Shown here: positions 33,591 to 46,554 of the stretch, piece after piece
Layout of the letters: each line of letters opens with the position of its first letter
Position numbering within the stretch: position 1 is the first letter of the stretch
Origin: Oopsacas minuta
Taxonomy: Eukaryota; Animalia; Porifera
Assembly: GCA_024704765.1 (NCBI GenBank)
Contig: JAKMXF010000320.1
Coordinates: 62,001-126,000, forward strand
Length of the DNA stretch: 64,000 nt
Direction of reading: 5' to 3'
Translations under genes and position numbers: made by a program
Notes under the pieces: generated by a model
What the model saw: the letters and a program-made list of their open reading frames with translations, nothing else
Told to the model about the DNA's origin: nothing
Database searches by the model: none

Positions 33591-36500
33591 ATGAGTGTGA
33601 AGATCGCCGTGAGAGTACGGCCATTCAATGACCGGGAGAAGGAGCGGGATGCCTTCAATGTTATTCAAATGCAGGACAAGTCTACATCCATAACCAATCC
33701 TGCCAAGAAGGGAAGTACTAAAGATTTTACTTTTGATTACTCTTACTGGAGTATGGATTCTACACAACCACAATTTGCCAGTCAAGACGACGTACAAAAT
33801 GATTTTGGGAAGGACATGCTGAATCATGCTTTTGATGGGTACAACACTTGCATCTTTGCATATGGTCAGACTGGTTCTGGGAAGTCATATACTATGCTAG
33901 GAGCACCGGGGCGGGATCAGCGAGGAATTATACCAAGAACTTGTGAAGAGTTGTTTGAGAGGATCGCTGAAAGTACAGATGAAACTCATAATTGTAGAGT
34001 TGAGGTAATTACCGCTATTGATAGTACAGCCGAAACCGATTTTTCTTACTTTATTTCCGTTCAAAGAAATAGCAGGAAAAAACCGGTTTCTACTTTACTA
34101 TTTTAATTTTCCTATACAAAAGGGTTAACTAATGAACGAATTATCTTAATATGCCATATAATTTATGGGAACTTTTGTCTATTCTACCAATTTAATTTTC
34201 TTATGTATATTGGTATTTGCATCATTTATAATACAATTGGATATTCTGATAATTCGGGCTAACTGTATTTAGGTGTATCTTTATCCCATTATCCAATATC
34301 TACTGTATTTAGGTGAGCTATTTCGAAATTTACTGTGAAAAAGTAAAAGATTTATTGAATCCACAAAACAAAGGAAACCTAAAAGTCCGAGAACACACTG
34401 CTCTGGGTCCTTATGTAGACGGTCTGAAGAAGATACCTGTTTTGGACTACAAACAGATTGATAATCTCATGGAGTTGGGTAATCAAGCAAGAACTGTAGC
34501 TAGTACTAACATGAATGCAACCAGCAGTCGTAGTCACGCTGTATTTACTCTAATATTCACTCAGAAAGAGAAAGCTGAAGATTCCGATATGTGGGGAGAG
34601 AAGGTTCGTATTATCTTGCTAACTTTAGTATTATTATTAATGAAGTTTGATTATTTATAATTTCTAGGTATCAAAGATCAGTCTTGTAGATCTAGCAGGT
34701 AGTGAGCGTGCAGAGAGTACAGGAGCGACTGGAGACAGATTGAAGGAAGGTGCACAAATTAATAAATCTCTCACTACTCTGGGCAGAGTTATCCATGCTC
34801 TCGCCGACATTGGAAAGCCTGGGGCTAAATTACCTCCATTCAGAGATTCTGTCCTCACATTCATATTGAAGGAGAGTCTGGGAGGAAACAGTAAGACTTC
34901 TATGGTAGCTGCACTGAGTCCAGCTGATATTAATTACGACGAAACTCTGAGTACACTAAGGTTTGCTGATAGAGCTAAGCAGATAGTTTGTAAAGCTATG
35001 GTTAATGAAGATCCTAATGCTCGTATGATTAGACTGCTGAAGGAAGAATTGTATAAGTTGAGACAAGTTATCATACAAGAGAATCTTGTTGACAAAGTGA
35101 GTAGGTTACAACTATATTCATATGTTATCTAAATTCGAATTAGAAAAGTTATTCCAGGAGCAATATGTTGATATTTGTAGTTAGTAGGTTAATTACTCAG
35201 GACTCTATGGATTAGTATAGAGAGTGTGAAATATACAACTTAAGTATATAGATAATATCCTTATTTGTACATAACGTAATTATTAATGAACCGATTGATT
35301 TCTATGCATTATACTACATAGTGTTCAGTCTACACTTTAAGTTGCCATACTATGGTATAATTGACATTGTAAGAGTTGCACTAAATGTAACAATTCTCTG
35401 AAAGGAATGGTAAGGAAATATCTGCCAATTTGTAGAATAACAACTCAAGTCTTTGAAAACGTAGGATTCTTGAATACATAGTTCACCTCGTTTAAGATTC
35501 TTTCACGGTTCTTCTCGCTATAAGTCAATTAATGCCTAGGGAAACATTAGACATAGTATTTAGCTTCCTATATGGAATTAGTTTAGTGTACTTAGTGTAT
35601 TGAAATCAGTTATTAGGTTGTCTTTGCGAATTCTTACACTTACCTGCATCCGTAATGTTACTCAACTCAATATTAAGGGAGTGAATTCAATTAATAAAAC
35701 ATGTAAAATTACAATCTGTGCCGACAGCTTAGTCAATTAATTAGATTTGTTTAAAGTGGCAGTGCATAATATAGTCAGTGATTTCGATACTAACCCACAA
35801 TAGTATAATCGTCACAGTAATTATATTAATTCCTTCAGGTAGAAGCAATGGGAATAAATATTAAGGGAGCTATTGGAGGTGCTGGGAGAGGAAAAAGTAT
35901 TGGCAACACTCCTTCCTCAACTCCTCTGAATCCTGACCAGAATTTGTCAGACGCTATTCAGTCTAATAAAAGAGAGGGAAAGGAGGACTCTGATTCTGAT
36001 TCTGATGATAATGAGGAAGCTAAATTGGTGAAGAGTCCTAGCATCACAGCTGAAGTAGCTTACCAGCAAATCAAGGAATCCGAGAAACTAATGCAAGAAC
36101 TCACACTGCCCTGGCAGGAGAAACTTGATGAGGTTTGTAACTGTAAAATTGTACCACTTATATATTATTCAAATGAATACGATTTGATTATTTATTAATT
36201 CATTATATAGGCTGAGAAGCACAAAATCGAAACGGAGGAATATATGAAGAAAATGGGTATTGCGATCACAGTGGGGGAGGATGGCGTAGAAACAACAGTG
36301 AAGGGTGTCTTCTCTCCTAAGAACACGCCCCATCTGGTTAATTTAAATGAAGACCCATTGATGAACGAATGTCTTATTTATTACATTAAAGAAGGATTAA
36401 CCCATGTAGGACGTAATGACAACTGTGATATCAACCTTCACGGCAACTATATTTTACCTCAACACTGTCATTTTGAGAATGATAAGAATATTGTCCGTTT

Positions 36501-39500
36501 GGTTCCTCAGCCAGGCTCGTATACCTTTGTTAACGGTACTAAAATAACAGAGACTGTAGACGTCAAACAAGGAGCACGTGTTATATTGGGAGTTAACCAT
36601 GTGTTTAGATTCAACAATCCACAAGTTAGTTACCTTAATAATATATATTTAAAGAATTTATTTATTTATTTATTTTTCTTTTATTAATCTTTAGGAAGTA
36701 AAGAAGGCTCGTTCTTCTGTACTTAACTTTCTGGATTCTAGTGCTAAGGCCGATTATTCTCTGAAACAGAGAAATCTTCCTAAAAAGAACAGAAACAATT
36801 CTCGACTATCTGGTAGCTGGAATCCCAATAAACCTAATGAAAATGTAAACACTCTTTATCCCTATGATTTTGAAGACGATCGAATACCTTCTCCCACCAG
36901 TGACTACCCTATGAGTGAGTACGCTGCCAGTGACTATTCCATGAGTGAGTATGATAGAGAACGCTCCTTCACACCAAATTCACAGATCGTTACGTATGAT
37001 TTTGATTACGCCCAAGATGAATTAATTAGAATTCAGAACATGGAAGGTGGTGACATAGTTGATAAACTCGTGGACCAGCGGACAACTCAAATTAAGACTG
37101 AACTGGAGGAAGCAAAAATAGAAATACAAGAGATGAACAGACAAGCAATGGATTATAAGAGGATGTATGATGAATTAATGGAGACACAGGTTTGTAAATT
37201 AATAATGTTTATTATGTATAAAAGTACTGATTCTACTGCTTTTTAGCAAATTAATGTATCTTACAATTAACAAAGTTTGCACTCTGTAAACTCTTGTTAT
37301 AGGAAACTTTATTGAGTGATTATGGCATCATATTGATATACCTTTCCAGTGTTATCATCTCTACATCTTGTGTAAGGTCTACTTTAAATTTATTGTCTAT
37401 CAGCATAGCAGACGTGTGTTGTGGTGATCCGTTGTGTGATCTGAATTCTGTCATATTATTTTATGGTTTATAGTTTGTCATATCACCGAAACGGATATAA
37501 TATCTTAATATGCAATAATAATGTTTTTATGTAATCAAGTTAGCCATGAATTTATTGCTCAATCTTATTCTCATAAATATCAGATTATTTAACTAAATTT
37601 CCTTTTTTTTAGAATTCATCAAAGTACAATTATTGCCTAATAATTTTGATAAATTAATTGTTATGTAACCGTAACCGTAACCGAGTTTGCTAACTTTTAT
37701 TATCAACTTTACATTGAAATCCATTACAGAGATGCAGCGATCTGGAATGGACCGCGGTCCAGACCAGTCCGCTTTTCTCAAGTGCGGTCTGGACAGGAGC
37801 GAATTAGCGATCTAACGCTCTGGACCGGCATATCGTCCAGAAAATTTAATGACGGTCCGGTCCATGAAATTGCCGGACGGCAGCACCACTGATCCATTAT
37901 AATGGTAGCTTATTGAGACTTTAACAAAGCATCATATTACTATTATAGTGTTACAAGCTAATTTAATATTTAATAGCATAGTTTGTTAAAACATATATTT
38001 TACTTAGAGAAGAACTCTGTTAGTTTGTCACATTGTTTGGGTTAATTTCCGCTCACGTGCGTACAAATATTTCCAACTCGAACAACTAACTACAGAATTT
38101 AAATTATTGTGAACTTTTGTGGCAAATACAAATGCTTAGTTATGCTATTCAACATATTAAAATACCTTCTGTAGAGGTTACGTTTATCGCTATGCAAAAC
38201 ATCATATGATCGTATAATCATTATACATTCTGTATTTGTAGATTAGTGGTAAGGCAGATGATATTATATCTCATTTATAATTCAGCTCATATTTACAGAA
38301 ATATTCTGAATAATTAATTTTGTCTTTGACTAAGTACACAAATACTTGTTTAATCCTGGACCGGATTTCATTGGGCAAAGATTGATTACCATATCTGTCA
38401 TGCTGGAACGACTCTGCTTGTACCTCTATTTCTGGATACTTTAGAAGATTATTTCAATTTTTGTGAATGACAACGTCATATTATTGTCTATTGAGAGCCT
38501 TTGTTCAGATTTCCACGAACTTTGACCTTCATATACATTAAATACGAGGTTGAAACCGTTCGTATGAATATTATATTAGTATTCATGAATAGCAACTTTA
38601 CCGAATATGCGAATATTGATTCGAATACATACTGCTGTTATTCGGTTTTGACCAACCGAATACTGAATACTGATATTCGTTAGGTAATCGAATAGCAACT
38701 ATTCGCCAAGCATTATTCGGTTGCACCTTGATTGAATATTATCCTGTTGAATCTAGTGTATCTCTATATTATATTATATTATCTTATAGTCTGTGGGTGG
38801 CCTCTCTGACCGTTACTCTCCTGAAGATATTGACGAAGAGGAAGAACCAAAATTATTAGATGGTCAGAAAGAACTTCTATCCAAATGTGTAGAAAAATGG
38901 AGAGATTATCGCTATAATGAAATACGAGATGCTCTATATGACAATACAGTATTGCTGAAGGAAGCAAACTCTATTTCCCTAGAGCTGAGACAGCAGGTAG
39001 CATTTCAGTTCGTACTACTGACTGATTGTCCATATGCACATCTCCCTGAGACACTAGCTCTGGGACAGGACTGTGAGTCAGATGAACCTGAAAGCTACTC
39101 TCAGTTTGACAACTCTTCCCTGAAGAAGACTATTGTAGCTGTAGAGGTTTCTGATGCTAGACATGGAGTGACTCATTTGTGGTCTCTTGAGAAACTCAAA
39201 CAAAGAATATATGCTATGCACGAGATGTACGAAGCTTGTGCTAAGTTAGAGACTATAAGTCCTCTAATTAAGGTAGCTTCATATACTGATATGTGAGATA
39301 TGTTGTCTGATTAAGTATACTTCTAGGCTTGTAATCCAGATGATCATAGCAGAGATCCTATAAGCGTAGGAAATGGCAACAATCCATTCTTTGATCGGAA
39401 TCCATGGTACAGTCTGATAGGACGTAGCTATGTGTATCTGACACACATACTCCTCCCCATGGCTCTAGAACAAACTATTGCTATAGTTACAGACAGAGGA

Positions 39501-42500
39501 GATGTAATGGGACATATTGATGTGTTATTACAGTTATGTGATGATGATGATGAAGAGGTAAGATACAAATTATTTAATTAACGATACCTCACCCAGGAAA
39601 ATTAACTTCTATGAGTAGAGCATTCTACACAATAAAGTACCATAAATCCCTGAATAAGCATGGATTCCTTTGTATTAATATTCGCTGGGACTTCGAGTTC
39701 GAATTTTTATTACAAATATTTTCGAATCTAATTATTTCTGTCCTTTTATTACAGCCTTATAGACCTAATGTAATATACTATTATTATTTACAGTATACGA
39801 GCCTTTGGCTCGTCGCTTCGCGATGAACTCGGTGCATTGCGCCTCGAGATATTCAACGGACAAACAAACAACAAACAACAATTGAGAATTAATAATATTG
39901 CTGTTGTTTACAATATTCAGACTCAGTATACACTCCCTGGCCAAAAGTATTGGAACACCATACCACTAATGACACATGTGGCATATGGAACTTTGTGAGA
40001 ATATATGTATTGAATAGTCCAGTGGATATATCAGAAAAGGCGATTGTAATGATAAAATTAATGATAGAATTAAGTTCACAAATGTTTGAAACTATCTTCA
40101 GCCTATACAACTAAAGCAAATACATATTTGTGCCAAGTGTCAATTGTGGCCGAGTGTTCCAATACTTTTGGCTAGGGAGTGTACTCGAGATACCAGTATA
40201 GTGGTTGAAAGTATGATTCTACCTCAATTTTCAAATTTGTTTACTTTATGCACCAAAAGTAAACAAATATTCACAATATGTTGTTTACAATATCATATTT
40301 GGACTCAGTATACTCGATTACCCCAGGATAGCCTTTGAAAGTATGATTCTACCTCGATTTTGAAATTTTGTTTACTTTATATTCATAAAAACAACAATAA
40401 ATTTACACATGATTAATCCAAAAGTGTGAAAATCGGATTCAGCATGTCCGATATATTTAGTGAAATTTTATTGAATTCTATTTACTTCCTTGATAAACAT
40501 GATAAATACATAGTTATGCGACAATTTCATAATTGCATACCATAAATCCTTTCCCTGACAGCGGACAAACAAACGGACAAACAACCAACCAACAATTGAG
40601 ATTTAGTAATATTGATTATCTCATAAGAGCAATTAATTATAGTATGTATCTTCAGCTGTTGTTACTCTTGCTGCTTCATCTGTTACCTTTATTCTATATT
40701 CTATAGACTAAAGATGTTAAAGCTACAACTGTAGCGTTTGATAAGACTGATTCTGATTGGTATCCGAAAGATATACCAGTATATCCATACAGACAGAACG
40801 AACTCATTGAACAGTGCTACTTAGGAACTGATAAGCTTACTGAGGTTATTGAGCGTCCCAGGAAAGTTAGCTCTCCTCCCAAGTTCTTAGGGAGATCAGT
40901 CTCTCACACCCAGAAAGATATCCCCACTACTCGTAGGAAGCGCAGTAGTCACCACAAAATTTTCAGTCATGGTGTCAGCCCATCTGACCTTGTTATCAGT
41001 CCCAGAGAAATGAGTGATATTAACAGAGCACTCGCTGGAGAGGGTTTGAGAGCTTCATCTGCTCGCGAAATTCGACAGCTGCAAGAAGAGGATAGGTTCT
41101 CTGCTAGCGAGAGTGGAGGGAGTAGAGGGTCTATTCGTTCTGAAGAAGCCGCTAGGAGTAAACCTATGTGTTCTTCTATGGAGGATCTAATCAATGGTAT
41201 AGGTTTGTAACAGCTTTACATTGTTGAATTCGGGTTTATCCATTTGGTTACACTGCCTTATGTATCATAGATTCACCAACTCATGAGAAAGATGAAATCA
41301 CTCCCCTTAACTCGGAAGCTTACAAAACCGGCAAGCAACGTCTCCAGCATTCTAGTACCCTCCTAACAGAACCAATGCCTTCCAAGGATAGTATAGGCTA
41401 CGTAGATCATGAGCCTACTCCAATGAACGAAGATAGACCCAGACCTGACCTTTCTATACAGTTAGATGATCTAGCGTCTCCTATGCATGTAAATCCTCCT
41501 ATCACAGAATCATTTTCATTACTTGGTAAAGAGTCTCTCCTACCAGGCTCACAACCGGGCGAGGATACTGGGAGGGAGTCAGAGACAATGTCCTCCTCTG
41601 ATTACTACTCGGAAACCTCTTCTCTCTTCGAGCCTAACAGGATATCTGCTCCTCATCTTAAGATAGGACGTTATATACGAATTAAGGTAAAGATTCTCAG
41701 AGTTAAGAATCTGGACAAGAACTGTGCTAATGTTCTCCTTCAGAACAGATTCTTGTACGAGAATCAGGAGCCTTACTCTTCTAATATTTACTCAAATGAT
41801 GGTCAATGTTGTGAGATAAACCATCTACACGTCTACAGAATTAAGGTATGTAATAATTACCCGTGTAATGACTCTGTATAAGTATTAATGTATTGTACGT
41901 ATCTCAGGTAACGCTACCATTCTTGGATTACATCTACAAGAGAGGGTTTATGATTGAAGTGTTCGGACATTACGAACAACACCCACTACATTTTGAGAGT
42001 CAATTCTCTGATCAGTATGAACATATTAATGAACGAAGGGCGAGTGATACGATCCCACCCGTTAAGTCCCCTGCCCCCTCCAGATCTGCTCTCACTATTC
42101 CTTACCAGAATCTTAGCACAGCTCAGCCTGTAGCTAGATATGACGTCATTATGAATCTACAAATCTGTGAACTCAATCCTCAGGGAGACTATATTCCAGT
42201 CCCTGTTACACATGTGAAGGAGACAAATGGAAGTTTCTTCCTGCTACAACAAGGCTTGCAGAGAAGACTTGTATTATCATTTGTGTATGACAGTAATATT
42301 GAGCTTAAAATGAAAAAGGTGAGTAACTTCTATTATAATTATTAACAATAGACAAATACAATACAAGTTTTTATGTGTTGTAATCTAGGTTAAAGAAGTA
42401 GTTGTAGGGAGGATACGTAATCAACTGAAACCTACTTCTGAGGATGAGGACTCCTCGTTAACCATAAACGTTTCGTCAGCTGATTTTATTGATCTTAATA

Positions 42501-43573
42501 ATGACAGTCGTACTGTGTTCCGCATTCAAGCTGCCTGGGACACTTCTCTCCACCACACTAAGCTACTCAACATGAGCACACCCGCTAACATTCTTGTTCA
42601 TGCTACTATGTCTGTGTACATAGAGATGGAGAAGTGCTCGCAGCCTGCCTGCTTCACGATTAACTTCAGTCTGCAGATAACTAACAGACAGCAGCAGAAG
42701 GGAGGGTTCCGCTTCTGGGATGTCCTGTTCCCTTCTCAACACCGTCCTGAGAACAACTGCGTGGTCGGACTGTATGAAGTAGCACTTCAGAGAATAACAG
42801 AGAGTAATTCACGGAAGAGGAATACTCTCTTCGATAACCAATCAGTATACGTACGAGGAGAGGAGAACCTCAAGGGCTGGCAGCCTAGAGGCATCTCTCT
42901 TATATACGAGCATCAGAATCAGGTGAGGAGACTGCGAGAGATTGAACAGGTGGAAAGAGTGAAGCACATGCTGTCTATTCGTGAGAAACGTAACCAGATG
43001 TCAGGAGATAATATAGTAGTCAGTCAATCTGTTGATACGCTACTCAACAAGTGTCTCTACCTTTGGAAGTTTCAGATTAGTCCCTTTCTGGAAGAGCATT
43101 TAACAGTAGAAGATATTCTCAAACACCCAGCTTCAATCGAGGGCGTGTACAACACAAGATGTGAAACGCCTCAGAGAAAGTGTGTCCCTCTAGTACACGA
43201 TATATCACATAAGAAAACTAGTCAATCTGCCAAACGAGGATACATACAACTCTCAGAGTATGAAGGGCTCTGGAGGAAGTTCTATGCTGTACTCAAACGT
43301 CCCTACATATATCTATACTATAACGATAAAGATCCCATAGAACGAGACTTCATTAACCTTGCTACTGCAAAGCTTCAGTTCAATCAAGACCAGCTGGACG
43401 CACAGACTGGTGCCTCAGTTTTCTCTCTATGCACTAAGTACCGCGGATTCCTGTGCAAAACACAAGATTTTGAAGGATGGATAAATGTTCTCGACCCTCT
43501 TACCTCTGGAGCGCTGGTCTCAAAGAAAAGTATTACTAGAAACAACATCAGTGGTAGTAGCAGTCCACCTTAA
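33591..43573 (+). CDS. KIF1A: Kinesin-3, KIF1A/KIF1B (unc-104)-like; 12 exons, about 1905 aa (motor, FHA, stalk, C-terminal PH)
   Basis: GT-AG exon model: 33591-34004, 34313-34603, 34668-35096, 35839-36132, 36211-36624, 36695-37189, 38790-39272, 39327-39557, 40707-41202, 41271-41845, 41908-42318, 42389-43573 (5718 nt, in frame). Motifs [86 protein letters not shown] and a PH domain. Symbol denotes the KIF1A/B co-orthologue. Confidence 0.92.
37727..37891. mobile_element. 165-bp hAT-type MITE in kinesin intron 6
   Basis: Imperfect TIR (CAGAGATGCAGCG; right end reverse-complemented CAGTGGTGCTGCCG); perfect 8-bp TSD ATCCATTA at 37719-37726 and 37892-37899; GGACC/GGTCC repeats like those in 5662-6079. 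Confidence 0.85.
39798..40615 (-). mobile_element. Non-autonomous Helitron-like element in kinesin intron 8
   Basis: Minus strand reads A|TCAATATTACTAAATCTCAATTG...GAGCCAAAGGCTCG|T; reverse-complement match to 44589-45113; interrupted by a Tc1-type MITE. Confidence 0.78.
39931..40181. mobile_element. Tc1/mariner-type MITE (251 bp) nested in the Helitron-like element
   Basis: 28-bp TIR CACTCCCTGGCCAAAAGTATTGGAACAC / GTGTTCCAATACTTTTGGCTAGGGAGTG (1 mismatch) with TA duplication at 39929-39930 and 40182-40183. Confidence 0.92.
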
Positions 43574-44083
43574 AATGCAATTCATCTCAGCAGGATAGGA
43601 AATAGGTTATTCCATTACATTCAAACTACACTCTAATACCTTGACTTTTTTAAATTTGTACAATTTTAATTGGTGTTAGTTAATTATAATTAGTACACAA
43701 AATGGTGTTGTAAATATGAGGAACTTATGTTTTCATGTCATGTGTATCTTGGTTTAAACATACACTATTTATTGGCCCAGTGCTTGTCTTGATTATGTCA
43801 TATTGCTAATATTGGCAATATTATTATTTGTTGTTTTATCTTTTGAGTTGGGTTGATATTTAATTAATACCATTACATTCTACTGGATAGTTATACACCA
43901 GAATTTGGTTAATTATTTGTTAAATGTTTATCTGATATAATTCTAACAGAGATTTTGCAAGAAATAATTTGTATTGGGCGGTAAGTGCAATCCTGACTTT
44001 TGAGCGTTTTATGATGCAAACTGCTGCCTTGAAGTAATCGTCGACATCGCCAGATATGTACAATACTAAATTAGAAATACGTA

Positions 44084-44576
44084 CCATATTTCCCTGAATA
44101 AGCGCCGGGGGACAGAAAAAGGCTACAAGACTTGTGAGTACAATTTTATCGACACCATATAAAATACTTATTTGATGAAATTTAAGCCTAATTTTATTAT
44201 TGCAACGAACGAGCTTTTGGCTGGTCCCTTCGCGATGAACTCGGCGCATTGCACCTTGAGGTATCTATTATTCTCCAAATTGACGGCCTTTTGGTATTAT
44301 AATATAGATATACTCATATGGCATATATGTTATTGAATTATTTTGTAAGATCAACCCCCTTTGAAGCGGTGAGAGCAAATACCTACGTAAATTTTGTGAA
44401 TTTGTTTACTTTATATTCATAAAAACAACAATAAATTTACATATGATTAATCCAAAAGTGTGAAAATCGGATTTCAGCATGTTTCGTATATTTAATGAAG
44501 TTTTATTGAATTCTATTCATACGATAAATGGCCACGAAAAGAATAAGCGCCCTAACTCTTATTCATGGAATTACTA
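44084..44576. mobile_element. Degraded pogo-type MITE containing a truncated Helitron-like copy (44210 to about 44520)
   Basis: Left end TA-CCATATTTCCCTGAATAAGCGCC; degenerate right end TTATTCATGGAATTACTA-TA. The same terminal motif also occurs near 13630, 31980 and 49365. Confidence 0.55.
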
Positions 44577-44588
44577 TACTACCATCAA

Positions 44589-45113
44589 TCTATATTATTA
44601 AATCTCAATTGTTGTTTGTTTGTTTGTCCGTTGTCAAGGAAAGGATTTATGGTATGCAATTATGAAATTGTAGCATAACTATGTATTTATCGTGTTTATC
44701 AAGGAAGTAAATAGAATTCAATAAAACTTCACTAAATATATCGAACATGCTGTATCCGATTTCACACTTTTCAAGTTTCTCATATGTAAATTTATTGTTG
44801 TTTTTATGAATATAAAATAAACAAATTTCAAAATTGAGGTAGAATCATACTTTCAACGACAATACTGAGGTAATCGAGCACGCTGAGTCCGAATATGGTA
44901 TTGTAAACAACATATTGTGAATATTGTTTACTTTTAGGTACATAATTTCAAAATTATTGTAGAAACATGCTTTCAATGGTTATACTGTGGTTTGCTGAAT
45001 CTGAATATTGTAAACAATATCAATATTATTAAATCTCAATTGTTGTTTGTCCGTTGAATACCCCGAGGCGCAATGCGCCGAGTTCATCGCGAAGCGACGA
45101 GCCAAAAGGCTCG
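44589..45113 (+). mobile_element. Non-autonomous Helitron-like element (525 bp)
   Basis: A|TCTATATTATTAAATCTCAATTG(TTTG)n at the 5' end, three internal GCTG(A/T)(A/G)TC(C/T)GA modules, three stacked GC-rich hairpins and GGCTCG|T at the 3' end; no TSD or TIR. Confidence 0.8.
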
Positions 45114-45204
45114 TATGGTATTATATTCATATTTGTTTGAAATGTATAAATCTACTCGAATTATTTCGGTATTTCCTTGTAGGAATACTGGATATAATAG
45201 ATAA

Positions 45205-46554
45205 ATGGAAGTAGAGAGTATAATCAAACTCTACACTGAACAGTTTGGTTCAACACCTGAGTATTTATCCCGTGCTCCTGGTAGAGTTAACATTATCGGA
45301 GAGCATATAGACTACTGCGGTTATGGTGTCCTGCCTATAGCAATTCAAAATTCAATAACTATAGTTGCAGGCCGTAACAAGACCTCAGAATTAAATATTC
45401 ACAATACAGAATTTCACAGGTATCCAGCTTTCAGCTGTAAGTTCAGTGCAGCAAGTGACATTAGTATAGATGGAGTTAGTTGGCATAATTACCTGCTGTG
45501 TGGTATCAAGGGTGTATTGGAGCATCTTCCACACACTACAGAGGTCACAGGCGTAAGCATGCTAGTATCTGGTACGATTCCACCTGGTGCAGGTCTCTCC
45601 AGTTCCTCAGCACTTGTCTGTTGTGCTGCCTTAGCTGTTAACGCTACACTTAAGTATGGACTCAGTATGCAAGATCTGGCAAGTACATGTGCTAAATCAG
45701 AGCATTATATTGGGACTGAAGGTGGAGGGATGGATCAAGCTATTTCCCTCCTGGCTACTGAGAACAAAGCAATGTATATCCAATTCGATCCACTGAGATT
45801 AGAGCCTGTTGAACTACCTATAGGAATCAGTTTTATTGTAGTGAATAGTTGTGTGGAGTCTAACAAGGCTGTAGGCAACCAGTTCAACACACGCGTAGCA
45901 GAGTGTAGGGTAGCAGCCCAACTCCTTGCTAAGCTAGAAGGGTTGGAGTGGAGAGAAATACGCACTCTAGGTCAGCTGCAGGAGATATTGAAATTGTCTC
46001 TAACTGAAATGATTAGCATTGTAGAAGCTAGGCTACATAAGGAACCGTTTTCACGGGAGGAGATACTAGCTATTTTGAAAACGAGTGAGAAAGACTTTAT
46101 ACAAATGTCTCTGAGCGCTAAAACGAAGGATAACATTTCGTTTTCACTTTACCAGAGAGCTAAACACGTATACTCAGAAGCTAGTAGGGTGTGTAGATTC
46201 AAGGAAGTATGCAAGTCAAGCGATGTGATTCTATTAGGGGCTTTAATGACAAATAGTCATAACAGCTGTAGATACGATTATGAATGTAGTTGTAAGGAAT
46301 TGGATGATATTTGTGAGATCAGCATTAAGGCCGGAGCATTGGGTGCTCGTCTCACTGGAGCTGGTTGGGGCGGGTGTGCAGTTGTGATGGTAAAACATGA
46401 ACATGCTGGAGAGGTGATGAAACAAATAAGGGATCAATTCTTTGTTGGAGAGAGAACTGGAAAAGAGGAGGGAATGTTTGTGACCGTTTCTAGTAGTGGA
46501 GCAATAGTCCTGGACTTAATGAATTCTCATAATTTAACTTCTGAAGAGAATTAG
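45205..46554 (+). CDS. GALK2: N-acetylgalactosamine kinase (GHMP kinase), 449 aa, single exon
   Basis: RAPGRVNIIGEHIDYCGY, PPGAGLSSSSA, GGGMDQ and GARLTGAGWGGC (GW form typical of GALK2), plus the long insertion characteristic of GALK2/Gal1. Confidence 0.92.
   Translation: MEVESIIKLYTEQFGSTPEYLSRAPGRVNIIGEHIDYCGYGVLPIAIQNSITIVAGRNKTSELNIHNTEFHRYPAFSCKFSAASDISIDGVSWHNYLLCGIKGVLEHLPHTTEVTGVSMLVSGTIPPGAGLSSSSALVCCAALAVNATLKYGLSMQDLASTCAKSEHYIGTEGGGMDQAISLLATENKAMYIQFDPLRLEPVELPIGISFIVVNSCVESNKAVGNQFNTRVAECRVAAQLLAKLEGLEWREIRTLGQLQEILKLSLTEMISIVEARLHKEPFSREEILAILKTSEKDFIQMSLSAKTKDNISFSLYQRAKHVYSEASRVCRFKEVCKSSDVILLGALMTNSHNSCRYDYECSCKELDDICEISIKAGALGARLTGAGWGGCAVVMVKHEHAGEVMKQIRDQFFVGERTGKEEGMFVTVSSSGAIVLDLMNSHNLTSEEN

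Noticed and set aside
37664-37686. (TAACCG)3 as a telomere-like repeat
   Set aside because: Three units only; expected by chance or slippage.
41196-41204. Tandem in-phase donors G|GTATAG|GTTTGT at kinesin exon 9
   Set aside because: Would change only two residues in a disordered linker; recorded as an uncertainty of the exon model (41196 versus 41202).
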